The notes beneath the pieces were generated by a model that was not told where the DNA came from, searched no databases, and saw nothing but the letters and a program-made list of their open reading frames with translations. The position numbers and the translations under genes were made by a program. Shown piece by piece: positions 40,111-52,596 of a stretch of 64,000 nt of DNA. The stretch spans positions 217,062,001 to 217,126,000 of the forward strand of contig OX597814.1 in the NCBI GenBank assembly GCA_951406725.2. The letters are read 5' to 3'. Position 1 is the first letter of the stretch. Every line of letters begins with the position of its first letter. Origin of the DNA: Octopus vulgaris (taxonomy: Eukaryota).

Positions 40111-40112
<2 letters not shown>
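39697..40112 (-). mobile_element. SINE family A, young
   Basis: Reverse complement of 11823-12232. Confidence 0.9.
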
Positions 40113-40160
<48 letters not shown>

Positions 40161-41222
40161 TACACACACAAAAAGAAAATACATAAAGATAAGTGATCCT
40201 TCTGAAAAAAAAAATTTAAGAAATAAAAATCATTTTATGAAAATTGCAAAACAAATACTTTCAGTTATGATAGACTTTCTCTGAAAGATTGCCCAATAAT
40301 TTATGCTCGTCTAAATATTTTGATTCTACACTTTCAAAGCAATACATCACTCACTTCTTCCCCTCATTCTGTCTTCATCCAAAACCCTGCACTTGGTGTT
40401 TTGCCCAATTCTTCCTGTCTAGAACTTGCAGTCTTCAAGGGAAATATCTTCCCCATTTATACTCCAACCTCAATTATTGAGCTTCTGTCAGCACCAACCT
40501 TTAATGGAATTAATTTTAACTGTTACCTATTTCACCAATGAAGCAAGGCCTAGAAAGGTTATGAGGACAATCTTTTAACTTCAATCTAAGATGTAAAAAT
40601 AATACTCCTGATTTATATTTACAAAATCCCTTTATTATTGTAGTTTGTAATGACACCTGTCACTAAAACAACATTCAAGGCTGTGTTGTTTATCCACAAC
40701 CTTTGCAGAACTTACTTATAGTTTTATATTTTCACTGTGTTATGGAAAGCAGGTCATCTCTCAATAAACTTCGCCCACAATAGTCTTTCAAGTTTTTCAG
40801 AGATGTTTACCAGTAATACAAAGTATTGCATTTGAAATGGAATTTAGGACATTTGCATTTTAAATGACTTACTAAAAATCAACCGTAGCTTTGTACACAT
40901 CAGTTTATATTTTGTGCCCTGCCCTGTTTTGATTATCTGGCAAACTAGTTTTGCTTGATCAATAGCTACAACATACACTTATTCGTCAAATATATCTTTC
41001 CTGTGTTGTATGTCTAAGATTTTGTCACCTGTAGCTCCCCAGCCTTATTAAAACCCAAATTTCTTAGTCTATTTCAATACTATTAAGCAATTATTTAAAC
41101 ATGTACTACTCAGTAGGTTTCCTTATTCCTTAATTATAATCTTCTGACTCAATACATAATGTTACAATCTTCAAAACATCTGACAGTCAAGTATTTCAAT
41201 AAGGATGGCCTTCTTCATGGCA

Positions 41223-41612
41223 TACTCTTTCTCTCTTTTACTTGTTTCAGCCATTTGACTGCGGCCATGCTGGAGCACCACCTTTAGTCGAGCAAATCGA
41301 CCCCGGGACTTATTCTTTGTAAGCCCAGTACTTATTCTATCGGTATCTTTTGCCGAACCGCTAAGTGATGGGGACGTAAACACACCAGCATCGGTTGTCA
41401 AGCAATGCTAGGGGGACAAACACAGACACACACACATATATATACATATATACGACGGGCTTCTTTCAGTTTCCGTCTACCAAATCCACTCACAAGGCAT
41501 TGGTCGACCCGAGGCTATAGTAGAAGACACTTGCCCAAGATGCCACGCAGTGGGACTGAACCTGGAACCATGTGGTTGGTTAGCAAGCTACTTACCACAC
41601 AGCCACTCCTGC
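41223..41612 (-). mobile_element. SINE family A, young
   Basis: Reverse complement of 11823-12232. Confidence 0.9.
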
Positions 41613-41867
41613 ATCTGCATGTGTACAGAGCATTCTTCTTTAACGCTTTGGTGTTTGCATTATTCTACCAAAATTAATGCTTTTTCATCCAAATTGTTTT
41701 GAATTAATCATGCATTATTTTGTAGCTATGAAATTTTGATGAAGTAGCTATTAATTTTTAAAACGATATTGTAGGGTTGGTGTGAGAGACCAGATCTGGC
41801 CAGTTTGAACATAAAACAGGCAGAAAACTTTTGGCCGGACATGGCCGGTTTAAATGCTAAAGTGTTA

Positions 41868-42245
41868 ATGAATAGAAACCTAAACTATAAAGAACTTCAA
41901 AATCACCCCGATGGTATGTATACCAAGCTTCCCATGAAGGCTCAAAATATCACATGACATGGGCACAAGACCAAATAAAAGATATATGAACACCGTTTCA
42001 CCCATCTCTACTATTACTATTCTTGCTCAAAACAGAGCAGGCTTTAGTGGGCATTCCTATCATTCTGAACACCAGGCCATATCACATTATATTTCAGAGA
42101 CTTCCACACCCTCTTAGAGAAGACCACTCAGACACCATGATATAATTGCTGAGACACACAACTTAAAATTAAGGACCTACCAAGGCAAATTGGGGACAGA
42201 GATTCCTGGTGCATTTGGGTGAAATGCATCACTGTTGCAGCTACT
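41868..42245 (+). pseudogene. Old 3' fragment of an RTE/RTEX-type LINE (third lineage)
   Basis: Hand translation with stops and shifts: ET*TI..ELQNHPDGMYTKLPMKAQNIT*HGHKTK*KIY..LAQNRAGFSGHSYHSEHQAISHYI..RRPLRHHDIIA, resembling the RTEX pattern DGxYTRLLxxAxNIxW...RxxFAGH...GRP. Confidence 0.65.
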
Positions 42246-44493
42246 AAAAATGACAAATTTCTTTTTAAAACAAAAGCAAGAGTTAGGTATTCATGTCAGA
42301 AAAGAAATTCCTTGCTTCATCAATTCATCATCATCATCATCATTTAACGTCCGTTCTCCATGCTAGCATGGGTTGGACGGTTCGACCGGGGTTCTGGGAA
42401 GCCAGAAGGCTGCACCAGGCTCCAGTCTAATCTGGCAATGTTTCTACAGCTGGATGCCCTTCCTAACGCCAACCACTCCGTGAGTGTAGTATGAAATATG
42501 AAATTAAAAAATTATGAAATAAGAAAAATAGACAGAGAAAGCAAAATACATGTTGGGATTTGGTAAGATTATAATTATTAGGAATATGGTATTGAAGTTG
42601 GAAGGCAGGAAGAGATTACTCATTTTAAAATAGACATATGATTTGAATTAAATTGGAATTTTATGTCCTTTATTCTTACAGTTTCATATTTCATGAATTT
42701 GATTTATTAACCACAGATTAAAAAAATAATAATAATAAATCATCCCTCAAAGGAGAGAGAAAAGCAGAAACCAAAACAAACAGAAAAATGTATTTCAAAC
42801 TAAGACTTGATTAATCTTACAAATCATCCTTAATCAGGGCCTTAGAAAATTTATCTTATTCAGGCTGTGTGTAGTCTATCTTTCAAAAACAATATTTTTC
42901 CTTCAAATAATTCCATATGACAGAACTTTGCAGACAAATAACAAATTTTAGGTTAAGTAGCATGTTATGAAATACGACAGAACAGGAATTCAGAATTGGG
43001 TTTTACAGAATATTTAAATATTTCATAGAAATATTTTGTGAAAATTAATGTAATTGATCCTCTGATAAAACAAGGAAGGAGTCGAGGTTTAAATGTTTGG
43101 CTTGTATATCAATTGAAATGCAGTGAATGACATCCTGAAACTGAACTCAAAACATTGCAGTATCATTGAACAGATTCACATCATCACAATAATGGAAGAC
43201 TGAAGTAATTTCTAAATAAGCCTGTCATATGTTTACACACACACACACACACATCCACATATTTTGGGGTATGTGACTTATGTCCATTATAAGTGTGTGG
43301 ATGTTATGTAATGAATACATTTTAGTGGTCTAATGGTGCCAACCTTAAACATACACAGTTTTTAACTTTCGAAAGAAAAAGTTGGGTGTTTGCTGGTGAC
43401 TTTATTTAATTTGTTTGTTTAATTTATGCTGTTTTTTGTTCCCCTCCTTGATTTTGTATAGTTGAAAAAGTAGGACAGTTGCTGAATATTACACATTCAT
43501 TAAATCTTTAACTCACATATACGTAGGATGACCGAATCGTATTTTTTTCATCTCAGTATTATTCAACAAATGAAATGTAAATCTGTTATATTAACAGTGT
43601 TATCAGAAATAAATTGACATTAGAAATGCTGATGATTGTTCTTTGCAGTTTAGTTCAAAGCTGGTCTGGTTCTCGACAAGAGATTTCACAAATACCAAAA
43701 TCCTAACTCTGTGAAACTCAAACTAAGACAGTACCACTCTCATTCTCTGGTTTTCTCTCTTAGACAAAGAACAAGGTCAAAAGTAGGATAGTAATTGAGA
43801 AGTGAAAGGGAAAATAAGTTGGGAAGAAATTCCTCCAGAAGGATGGAAGTCTTAGGGAGCAAGGATAAAACAAAATACTAAGTGTAAGGTTTGGATAAAC
43901 CCAGTTTCAACTCATTAGTAGGTTTCTACTTTGCCACTGTCTCCTTAACTCTTTCTTCCTTTTAAACTTGCTGTAAACAAAGTAAAGATAGCAAATGAGT
44001 AGAACAAGTGATTAATTTAGGAGCTATTAAATACTTATTTTCATTTTATATGATGCATTTGTGAAGAACATTATCATAGGTTATGGGTTGCCGACAGAAA
44101 GACCACTGGTAAGAGTAACAAGAGGGTAATTGTGTAGTTCAAGTTAAGTAGAAACTGAGTTGCAAGTTGAAGTTGTGGTACAACTTGAAGGGTGGGGGCT
44201 ACTTGGAGTTGAAGGACAGGGGCTATGGTCAACTTTGGAACGAAACTGAGGTCTCTTTCACCATGACAGGAACTTTGACTAGTAGTGTTATTAGAAAAGA
44301 AGATTCCAGGACCTATATTGTTTATTGCTATCCTTTTCTTTCCTTTCTAGCTACTTGGGGTCAGAAGGGTCTCACATGGTGTTTGCTGCCACATGTGTAA
44401 CAGCTAGGTATTTTACCGTGAACTGTTAGTCTCATGTCCTATGATTCTACACTTACAATGGGATACAGTTTCAGAATGACTTTATGGTCTTAA

Positions 44494-45566
44494 CCCTTTC
44501 GTTACTATATTTCTGACCAAAATACACCCCTTATGTGTTTCAATTAATTTCTAACATAATCATAAATTTAGTCTGGTTTCATTAAACAACTATAACTTTT
44601 TTATTTATCAATATATTAACGTAAATTTTGGAAGATAATTTAATGAAATGTTCTCAACCAATTCTATACTATAATTTTTGTCACAAAGTGACTCTAATTG
44701 CAGGTAGATACAGGTAAATTCAAAATATAAAATTATTAAAATTTTGTTTAAACATCGCTATAGAAAATGGGTTATTAGCTAATATTCAATTGGGTATACA
44801 ACAAAATTTTACGATAGAATTTGTTATTCTGGGTAACTTTCTGATACCCATAATAATATTTATGGCAAAATAGTCTTAATTTCATTTAAGGTTATGGGAA
44901 ACCACTAACTATCCTTTCTTTCACTTTGTTTACATTTAGCGTAATGGTTTGTTTCCGCTGTAATGATTTCAAATAGGCTCATTCGAAAAAGTAAAAAGAA
45001 ATAGTCTAAGGCTTTACTCTCCTGGGAAAGTCTGTGGCTTGGTCCAGTTTCTTCAGAAAAATCACCGAAAGAAACAGTTTTTAAATTTTCACTCCATTCA
45101 GGTGCCAATTCATTTTCTTTATCGCTGTCGGAGCTCTCGGATCCACCGTTTTCACTTTCGGAAAATGAAACATCAGATTCATTATCAAATACCACATGCT
45201 TTTTTTTTTCAGTCATAGAGTTAGATTTATGAAGGTCTTCAGTAGAAAATCCTTCGAATTCTGACTCGCTGCTTGATATAATGAAATTCGTATCCATTTT
45301 TTCTCAGAATTACAAATTTTGAAAACACAATAGGAACAAATTTCGGAAAAAAATCTCCCAAAATTCACGGAATTAAAATTACACTTCGATTTTTGTACAA
45401 AACTGTAGTTGAACTCTTTACGAAGTATAATACGTATTTTCACGAATGTACTAAAGAGATTTGCTCTGATATTCTCATTTAAATATGAATAGGTAAATTC
45501 GGGCAGCTTTGGGCGGTTTGGTCACATTAACCAAAATTTTTTTCGGGTGGTTTGGTAACGAAAGGG
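44494..45566 (-). mobile_element. Internally deleted piggyBac transposon
   Basis: TTAA|CCCTTTCGTTAC ... GTAACGAAAGGG|TTAA, perfect 12-bp TIRs and TSD. Confidence 0.93.
44905..45297 (-). pseudogene. N-terminal fragment of a piggyBac (PGBD4-like) transposase
   Basis: Acidic Ser-rich N-terminus, then FSEETGP..KALDYFFLLF..LFEIITAETNHYA; the catalytic DDD domain is absent. Confidence 0.88.
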
Positions 45567-45885
45567 TTAAGGGATCATAATGACTCGCTATTTCATGTGG
45601 ATTTCCTGAAATTATATATATTGTTCTTCATCACATCTACACTTATCAATGCTCATGATGCACTACAAAAAGCTTTAATGTTGCTGTCAATGCCATCAAC
45701 TGTCATTCTTTGTGTTGAGCTGATCCATACACTGGCAAGAAGAGACTGAGAGACACCCTCCCCACCCATAAGTCCGTTCAGTAAGTGTGTATCTTACTAT
45801 GTTAGCTTTCTGTACTACTTCATCCTCAGTCCCCAAACCAAACATGTTTATCAGGGTGTCCTTTAATTCATCCTCAGAAAGCATA

Positions 45886-46374
45886 CCGTAAATCCTCGAG
45901 TATAGTCCACCCTTGAGTATAATATGCAGGGGAAAAACCTAAACCTTGTGTATAATATGCACCCCTTCTCTAACTTGAGTCAAGGAGGTCTATATAACGT
46001 CCTTGGTTTGTAAAAATGTATACGGTAACGTCCTTTATTATTATTGTATGTATAACATAATGCAAATGGGTAGCTTTTTTGTGCATTTTGTTTGCAGAAA
46101 ATAAAGAAATAACAGTAATAACGTTTAATAAATGTTGCTTATTGCAAGTTATGGATGATTCTTTTATGACTTCATTGCTTTCTGGCTTAGCTTAAGGTAT
46201 TTTTGCCCCCGACATCACAAAATGTGTCTGAATAAAAACTGCTGGACAGTAAATAGAGACTCGGACATTGCATAGGAAATATTTTTCATTTTTAACCTTG
46301 TATATAGTACGCACTAGGGATTTTGACCGTTAAATTTTGGGAAAAAAATGCAGATTATACTCGAGGATTTATGG
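45886..46374. mobile_element. Tc2/pogo-like MITE (second copy)
   Basis: TA|CCGTAAATCCTCGAGTATA ... TATACTCGAGGATTTATGG|TA; colinear with 8546-9066. Confidence 0.88.
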
Positions 46375-48186
46375 TATAAAATATTAACCTTCTCTATGAT
46401 GCAAAAGGATATCAGCTTTCTGTATGCCTGCTTTTGGATAAATTCTTTGGCCAAAGAGAGACAGTCCTTCATGGCACACCCGTCACATACATTTCTATGA
46501 CTGAACAATGTCTATATTTAGAATCTTTTGGTTGGCTTCAACATTTGCAAAGCTGAGTGTTGTTGATGTTGCATTTGTTGTTATTGTTAAACAAATCACG
46601 AAAATCATTCTCCTATATGTCAAAAACCACCAAACATCATTGATTTGGTTTCAAAATGTTTTTGCTCTGATTCTAGATTTTTTTTTTTTTTTTTTTACTT
46701 CTGTTTTTCATTTTTCTTTTCCCTGCAGTTGTCAAGCCTTTTGTTTGCTGACATTTTGTGGTGAATGTCAACTAACAAAAAAAGTATCAAAAATGCCCTT
46801 TTTTATTCTCTAAACTTAAGCAAAAAATTTAACAACAAACTGCTCACCTTACTTTGAATGAATTGACACAGAAAAAGTAAGCTATTGTGGGAACAAAAAA
46901 AGATAAAATCGCACAATAACGGCGGCCGAACTCGTGAGCGCTCGCCTCTGTTTTCGGCCCGCCGATTCCTCTTCTTCTCGTTTTTTTCCGATCGGCGGCG
47001 GCTGCTTCCCGAGCTTCCGCTGCTGCCGCGCTTTGTTTTTTTTTTTTGCTCAGAAATGAGACTGCTGTGAAGTACATCTTGTCATGGTAAAATCCAATCT
47101 TAATATTTCTAATACAGGCATAAGGCCTGAAACTTATGGGAAGAGAACAGTCAATTACACTGATCTTAGTACTTGACTGGCACTTTATTAACCCCTGAAG
47201 GATGAAGGTAAAGCTAGCCTAAGTAGAATTTGAACTCAGAACATAATTAAACAGTTTCTAATGGCTTTACCAATAATTATAATAATTCGTTCTATTATAG
47301 GCACAAGGACTGACATTTTGGGGGGCTGTGGTGGGGGTAGTTGATTACGTCAACCCCCAAAAGGATGAAAAGCAATGTTGACCTCAGTGGAATTTGAACC
47401 CAGAACAACTTTACCTATAAAAATAATAGTTTCCAATTTAGGTACAAGGCCAGTGATTTTAAGGGAAGGGGACTAATTGATTACATTGAGCCCAGTACTT
47501 GACTGGTACCTATTTAATCAATCCTGAAAGGATGAAATGTAATGATAACCTTGGTGGAATTTGAACACAGAATACAAAAGAGCCAGAAGAAATGTTACTA
47601 AGCATTTTGTCATGCTAAACAATTCTGCCAGCTCCATGCCTTAATAACAATAACGAAATTCTTTGAAATAGTAAAATTAACAAAATACTTGGTTCATAGA
47701 AAATATATAAAAAAATCCTATTTAAAATTCTGCAGGATATTAAAGAAGCAAGCTTGAATACATTAATTATAGAGATAAAAACATAGAATGGATACCATAT
47801 TTTTATTCTAACCAGATGTTGTTGACAAATATTATGTAAAAAAATTATTAATATTAGAAAAGAAAGAAACTCTTATAAATAAAACCACAGTTGAAAATTT
47901 ACAAACCTATTTAATTTTGAATCAAGAGAACATATCCCAAGGATAAGCAAAACAAGAGGAAATGAAGACTTCGGATGTTGACCGCAATCTGAGTAATGGA
48001 AACTGTTAAACTTAAATCTGTAAAAAAACTTGCAGACAACAAAGAAGTATTGCAATGTTTTTTTTTTTTGCTGTTAGTGATGGCTGTTGTTTTTTAACCT
48101 CATGTTGTGATTGAATAGATCCATGAGCAAATGTGGTCAAGTGAAGTCCTTGTTATATTTTTTTCAGACAGTATATCTCAGATTAA

Positions 48187-48616
48187 CCCCTTAACATTTA
48201 ATCCAGTCATATCCGGTCTGAATATTCTTACTTCTTTATTGTCCACACGAGGCTAAACATAGAGGAGACAAACAAGGACAGATAAAGGGATTAAGTCGAT
48301 TACATCGACCCCAGTGCATAACTGGTACTTAATTTATCGACCCCCGAAAGGATAAAAGGCAAAGTTGACCTCGTCGGAATTTGAACTCAGAACGTAGAGG
48401 ACAAACAGATTAAGTCAATTATATCGACTCCAGTGCGTAACTGGTGCTTATTTAATCGACCCCGAAAGGATGAAAGGCAAAGTCAACCTCAGCGGAATTT
48501 GAACTCAGAACATAGCGGCAGACGAAATACCGCTAAATCTTGAAGTTAGAAGATAATTAAAAACAATGTGAATAAATAGGGAACACATTTGCCAAAGAAG
48601 TATGAATTCTAAAGGG
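48187..48616. mobile_element. piggyBac-type MITE P1 (reverse) with nested, internally duplicated family B SINE (48245-48536, minus)
   Basis: TTAA-flanked ends; the SINE block GATTAAGTCGATTACATCGACCCCAGTG...GAACTCAGAAC is present twice. Confidence 0.75.
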
Positions 48617-49841
48617 TTAAATTATCCTGTACCTGTTTTTTTTTTTTTGTTGTTGTTTAGGACAGTAGAACTGACTTAATAATTTCTAGTGTTAATGGTT
48701 GTTTGTTTAGATGAGGAATGGGCAACCTTTTCCACTCAGCAGGCTACATGAGACATGGTTCACCAGCAGGCAGGCGGCACTACTAAAAGAGTTCAAGGGA
48801 ATTTTTTGTTAGGCATGCTCAGTTTGTCCAAGACTGGTTTAGATCCATGTGTTTCCTAAATGAAGCAAACCTAGAATTAAAGGCATTCCAACCATAACCA
48901 TGTTGTCTTTTTTTTCTCCTTTTTCCCTTTAGATTCATTCTTCAATTATAAAATGTTAGGGAGTGATAAGAGAGTGATCTGACTGCTATTTCTAGCGGAT
49001 CAGTTGACCATGGATACTGCATATCTAAAATAGTAGCCCCAATGTAGTAGGTTGATCTTCTGGATATAATAGCCAAATGTTTCTCAAAGGTCACACCTCA
49101 TAGCTTGAAATGATAAGTATGCATTGATTAATGTAATTCCTAATGTACAAAAAGACAGGATGGGCTAAATAACAGCATAAAATAGAAATATTTAAATTCA
49201 AGCATATATTATTTATTACTGAGTAGGTGCAGACTTGTCTGTGTGGTTGAGATTTGCTTCCCAACGATGTAGTTTTGGGTTCAGTCCTACTGCATGGTAC
49301 CTTGGGCAAGTGCCTTCTACAATAATCCCAAGTCAACCAAAGCTTTGTGAGTGGATTTAGCAGATGGAAAGTGAAAGAAGCACATCATATATGTATGAGA
49401 GTGTGTGCTCGTGTGAATGAATTTGTATTTCCCCTTGTATTCAGAGGGTGTGGGCATTGTCTGTTTCCATTTCTTGACATAAACAAACCCAGGCCAATTG
49501 TTGTTTGATAGACTGGAAGATTATTACTTCACTCGGAAACATGTGGCGACTGGTGTCAAAAAGCAAGTCTAGCCATAGAAAATCCTGCCACAATATATTC
49601 TCATCTAACCCATGCAAGCATGGCAAACTAGATGTGACAACGATGATTATTACTGGGAGAAAATAGACTGGCTAATTAACCCTTCCGTTTCCATTTTGTG
49701 GTCAACATCATTTTTATGTTGTTTTTCAATGCTGGCACAAGTTAAAAAGGTCACCACTGCCTTATGTCCTCCTATATAGGGACCATGTCTTACTCATGTT
49801 CCATTCTTGCATGATTTCTATGGTTGGGTACCCTTCCTAAA

Positions 49842-50235
49842 ACCAACCACTTTACAGAGTGGACAGGATGCATTTTATCATGACACCAGCACTACAGAGG
49901 TTGTTATATTCTTTGCAAGATTAAAGTTACCTCTCTATCCTATGTGACTTAATTCAGTTACCAACCACTTTACAGTGTGTACTCAATGTATTTCATTATG
50001 GCACCTGTACTAAGAGAGGTTGTCATGTCCTTGGCAAGACCAAAGCCTCTTCTCTGTCCTATGTGTTTATTCACCAACCACGATACAGAATGTACTGGAT
50101 GTATTTTATAATGGCACCTGCACTAGAGAGGTTGATGTGCCCTAGGCAAGACCAAAGCATCCTCTCGATCTAATGTGTCTCCATTCATTCCCTAACCACA
50201 TTACAGAATGCACCGAATGCATTTTATTGTGGCAG
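49842..50235. repeat. Degenerate tandem repeat, ~3.4 x ~115 bp, seeded from family C SINE sequence
   Basis: ACCAACCACTTTACAG..GGCACCTG.ACTA.AGAGGTTG..GGCAAGACCAAAG units start near 49842, 49960, 50073 and 50190. Confidence 0.75.
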
Positions 50236-51001
50236 TAGTGGTGGAGATGTCAATGAGAAAATATTGACAGGATGTACAAAATACGATCTCAAGTAACAAT
50301 TAACCATGAGAAAATAATGACTAATTTTAATAACCACAAGAGAAATTAACGGATAATCATTGGTCAGATGTTAGAAACTAAAGATTTGGGAAAATACTAT
50401 TCAATTCAGTTGTGTTGCTGAAAGTTCATTTTGTGTTCATATACTAAAATGTCATTGTAATTGCTGTGAACATAGATTTTTTTCTGCTGTTGTTTAGATC
50501 TGCCCTGTATGATTTAAGGTATTCCAGCTATGACTAAATCATGTTTTTATAGATTAAGATAGCAGGGAAGAGAACCACATAAAACTACTTTGATGACTTA
50601 TAGTGTTAGTGGTGGTTAATTTTAGTTAGTTAAAACAATAACATCCAGCTGGATAACATACAAAGTCAAAAATATCAGATATATGGCCAATATAATATTT
50701 CTGGTGTTTTTCTATTTCTCAGAAAGGTTTGACAGATTTCAATTTTGGTAGGATTTGAACTTAGAATTGTAAATTAACCAGAAGAATTAAGAAACGAAAT
50801 GTGTCAAAATTAAGACATCAATGATAAACTTATTTTTATAATATGAAATAGTCAAGTGAACAAAATATAGTATGTTTTTAAAGCTTGGTACTCTTTTGCT
50901 GAATTGCTAAGTTAAAGGAATGTAAACAAACCAACACCAGTTGTGTGGGGAACAAGTACATATGCACAGTCCCTCTTCCAGATCAAACAAATAACAGCTG
51001 A

Positions 51002-51473
51002 CCCATTAGTATTTAAACTAATCATATCTGGCTTAAACATCCTACTTGTTCTATGTTAAAATTGGCCAGTTCTGGCCTCTCAAACCTATCCTACAACGTC
51101 AGTCTAAAAATAAGCAATTCATCATCATCATCGTTTAACGTCCGTTTTCCATGCTAGCATGGGTTGGACGGTTCGACCAGGGTCTGGGAAGCCAGGAGGC
51201 TGCACCAGGCTCCAGTCTGATCTGGTAGTGTTTCCACAGCTGGATGCCCTTCCTAATGCCAACCACTCTGTGAGTGTAGTGGGTGCTTCTTACGTGCCAG
51301 GGGAGGCTGGCAGCGACCATGATCGGTTGGTGCTTTTTACGTGCCACCGGCACGGAAGCCAGTCATGGCGACGCTGTCAATTGAAATATCAAAGCTACAA
51401 GATAATGCATGATCAATTCGAAACAATGTGAAATAAGCATCACAGCTGACAGAGTAATCTGAATGCTAAAGGG
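51002..51473. mobile_element. piggyBac-type MITE P1 (reverse) with nested family C SINE (51120-51372, minus)
   Basis: MITE halves flank the SINE; right end CTAAAGGG|TTAA. Confidence 0.78.
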
Positions 51474-52522
51474 TTAAGAAAACAGTTGAAAATCAAGAAA
51501 GCGGGATAGCAATTTAGGCATAAGGTAAAAGTATGTGACATTCATGCTTTCCACAAAGTTATTAGCAATATAAATGGAGTGAATTAGGTTAAAAACGGGG
51601 ATCAAAAGTGGGTTGTAGATTTAGACTACTGGAATCCATCACCTCAGTGGCAACATTAATAATAATAGTCTGTAGACAGTATGGCTGGGTGTGTTTGTTG
51701 GGAAGAATGAAGAAAGACATGGAGTAAATATTGTAAATAAATTTATCCTATTTACACAGCGACAATCAATTCTAAATTTGAATAAACATTTCATTTCCTC
51801 TTCAATAAACATTCAGCTCTTTAACAAAACATGTGGACGGCAGAAAGTGTGTTACGTAACCCTGGCTAATACATGTAGGCTTCTGAACGAAGAGATTTAA
51901 TAGGTTACAAAGAATAGGGAAAACACTGGAATAATACGATATAAAAATAAATGAAAGGACAAAACAGGAGACTATATGTGTGTATTTGTGTGTGTGTGTT
52001 TGTTCATGTGTAGCTATAACGAAGCAAATGTTATCCAGAAATATATAAACTGTTTAGTGACAAAATAGACACACTGAGAGCTACATTTCCTATAAAAGTT
52101 TTCTATGTTATAAAAATAACATTACTAAAAAACTGTGCATTTGGTTTTGCTTTGTGACTCTAAACTTGTCTTTAGAATATAACAAAAAAAAAAAAAAAAG
52201 AAGAGGGAAATGAAGAGGTAGAGTTCACAAATGTATTCATTTAGATGGATGTGTCAGAGCATGAGCAGGTTTAGAAGGTGTGCCTCAACAGATCAATCAG
52301 TGAAGTGTTAAAAATCATAGATCTAAGCTCCTGTCCAAGTCTAATTTAGCAATAGGCATGAGTTTACAGAGCCTATAGTAGTAGCCATAGGTAAAGTTGT
52401 GATCAGCAGAACTTTGTAAATGCCTAACAAAAATTTTCATCTTGGATATTCTTAGAAGTGGAGCCTGCCTGATCATGAGTCATGTCTCATGTGACCCGCT
52501 TCTTGAAAAAGGTTACCCTTAC

Positions 52523-52596
52523 CTGGCCTATAGTTTGACTAGAAATGACAGCCATAACAAACCAAGGGGTAGAACCAGCATACATCTCAGATTGAT
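52523..52596 (-). other. Candidate non-coding exon (74 nt)
   Basis: Minus strand: CTTATTTCTTTAG| acceptor and CAG|GTAAGG donor. Confidence 0.35.

Larger units (their letters stand above)
43650..46700 (-). pseudogene. Decayed L1/Tx1-like ORF1 (gag-like, zinc knuckle), interrupted by two DNA transposons
   Basis: Minus strand: ..EGLSLFGQRIYPK..MLSEDELKDTLINMFG.., then LTVHGKIPS-CYTCGSKHHVRPF*P (CX2CX4HX4C with the last Cys codon now TGA, ~44358-44400), then an S/T/P-rich stretch. Boundaries approximate. Confidence 0.55.

Noticed and set aside
49842-50235. CRISPR-like repeat-spacer array (also 26320-27180)
   Set aside because: Units are degenerate along their whole length, there are no unique spacers or cas genes, and the context is eukaryotic.
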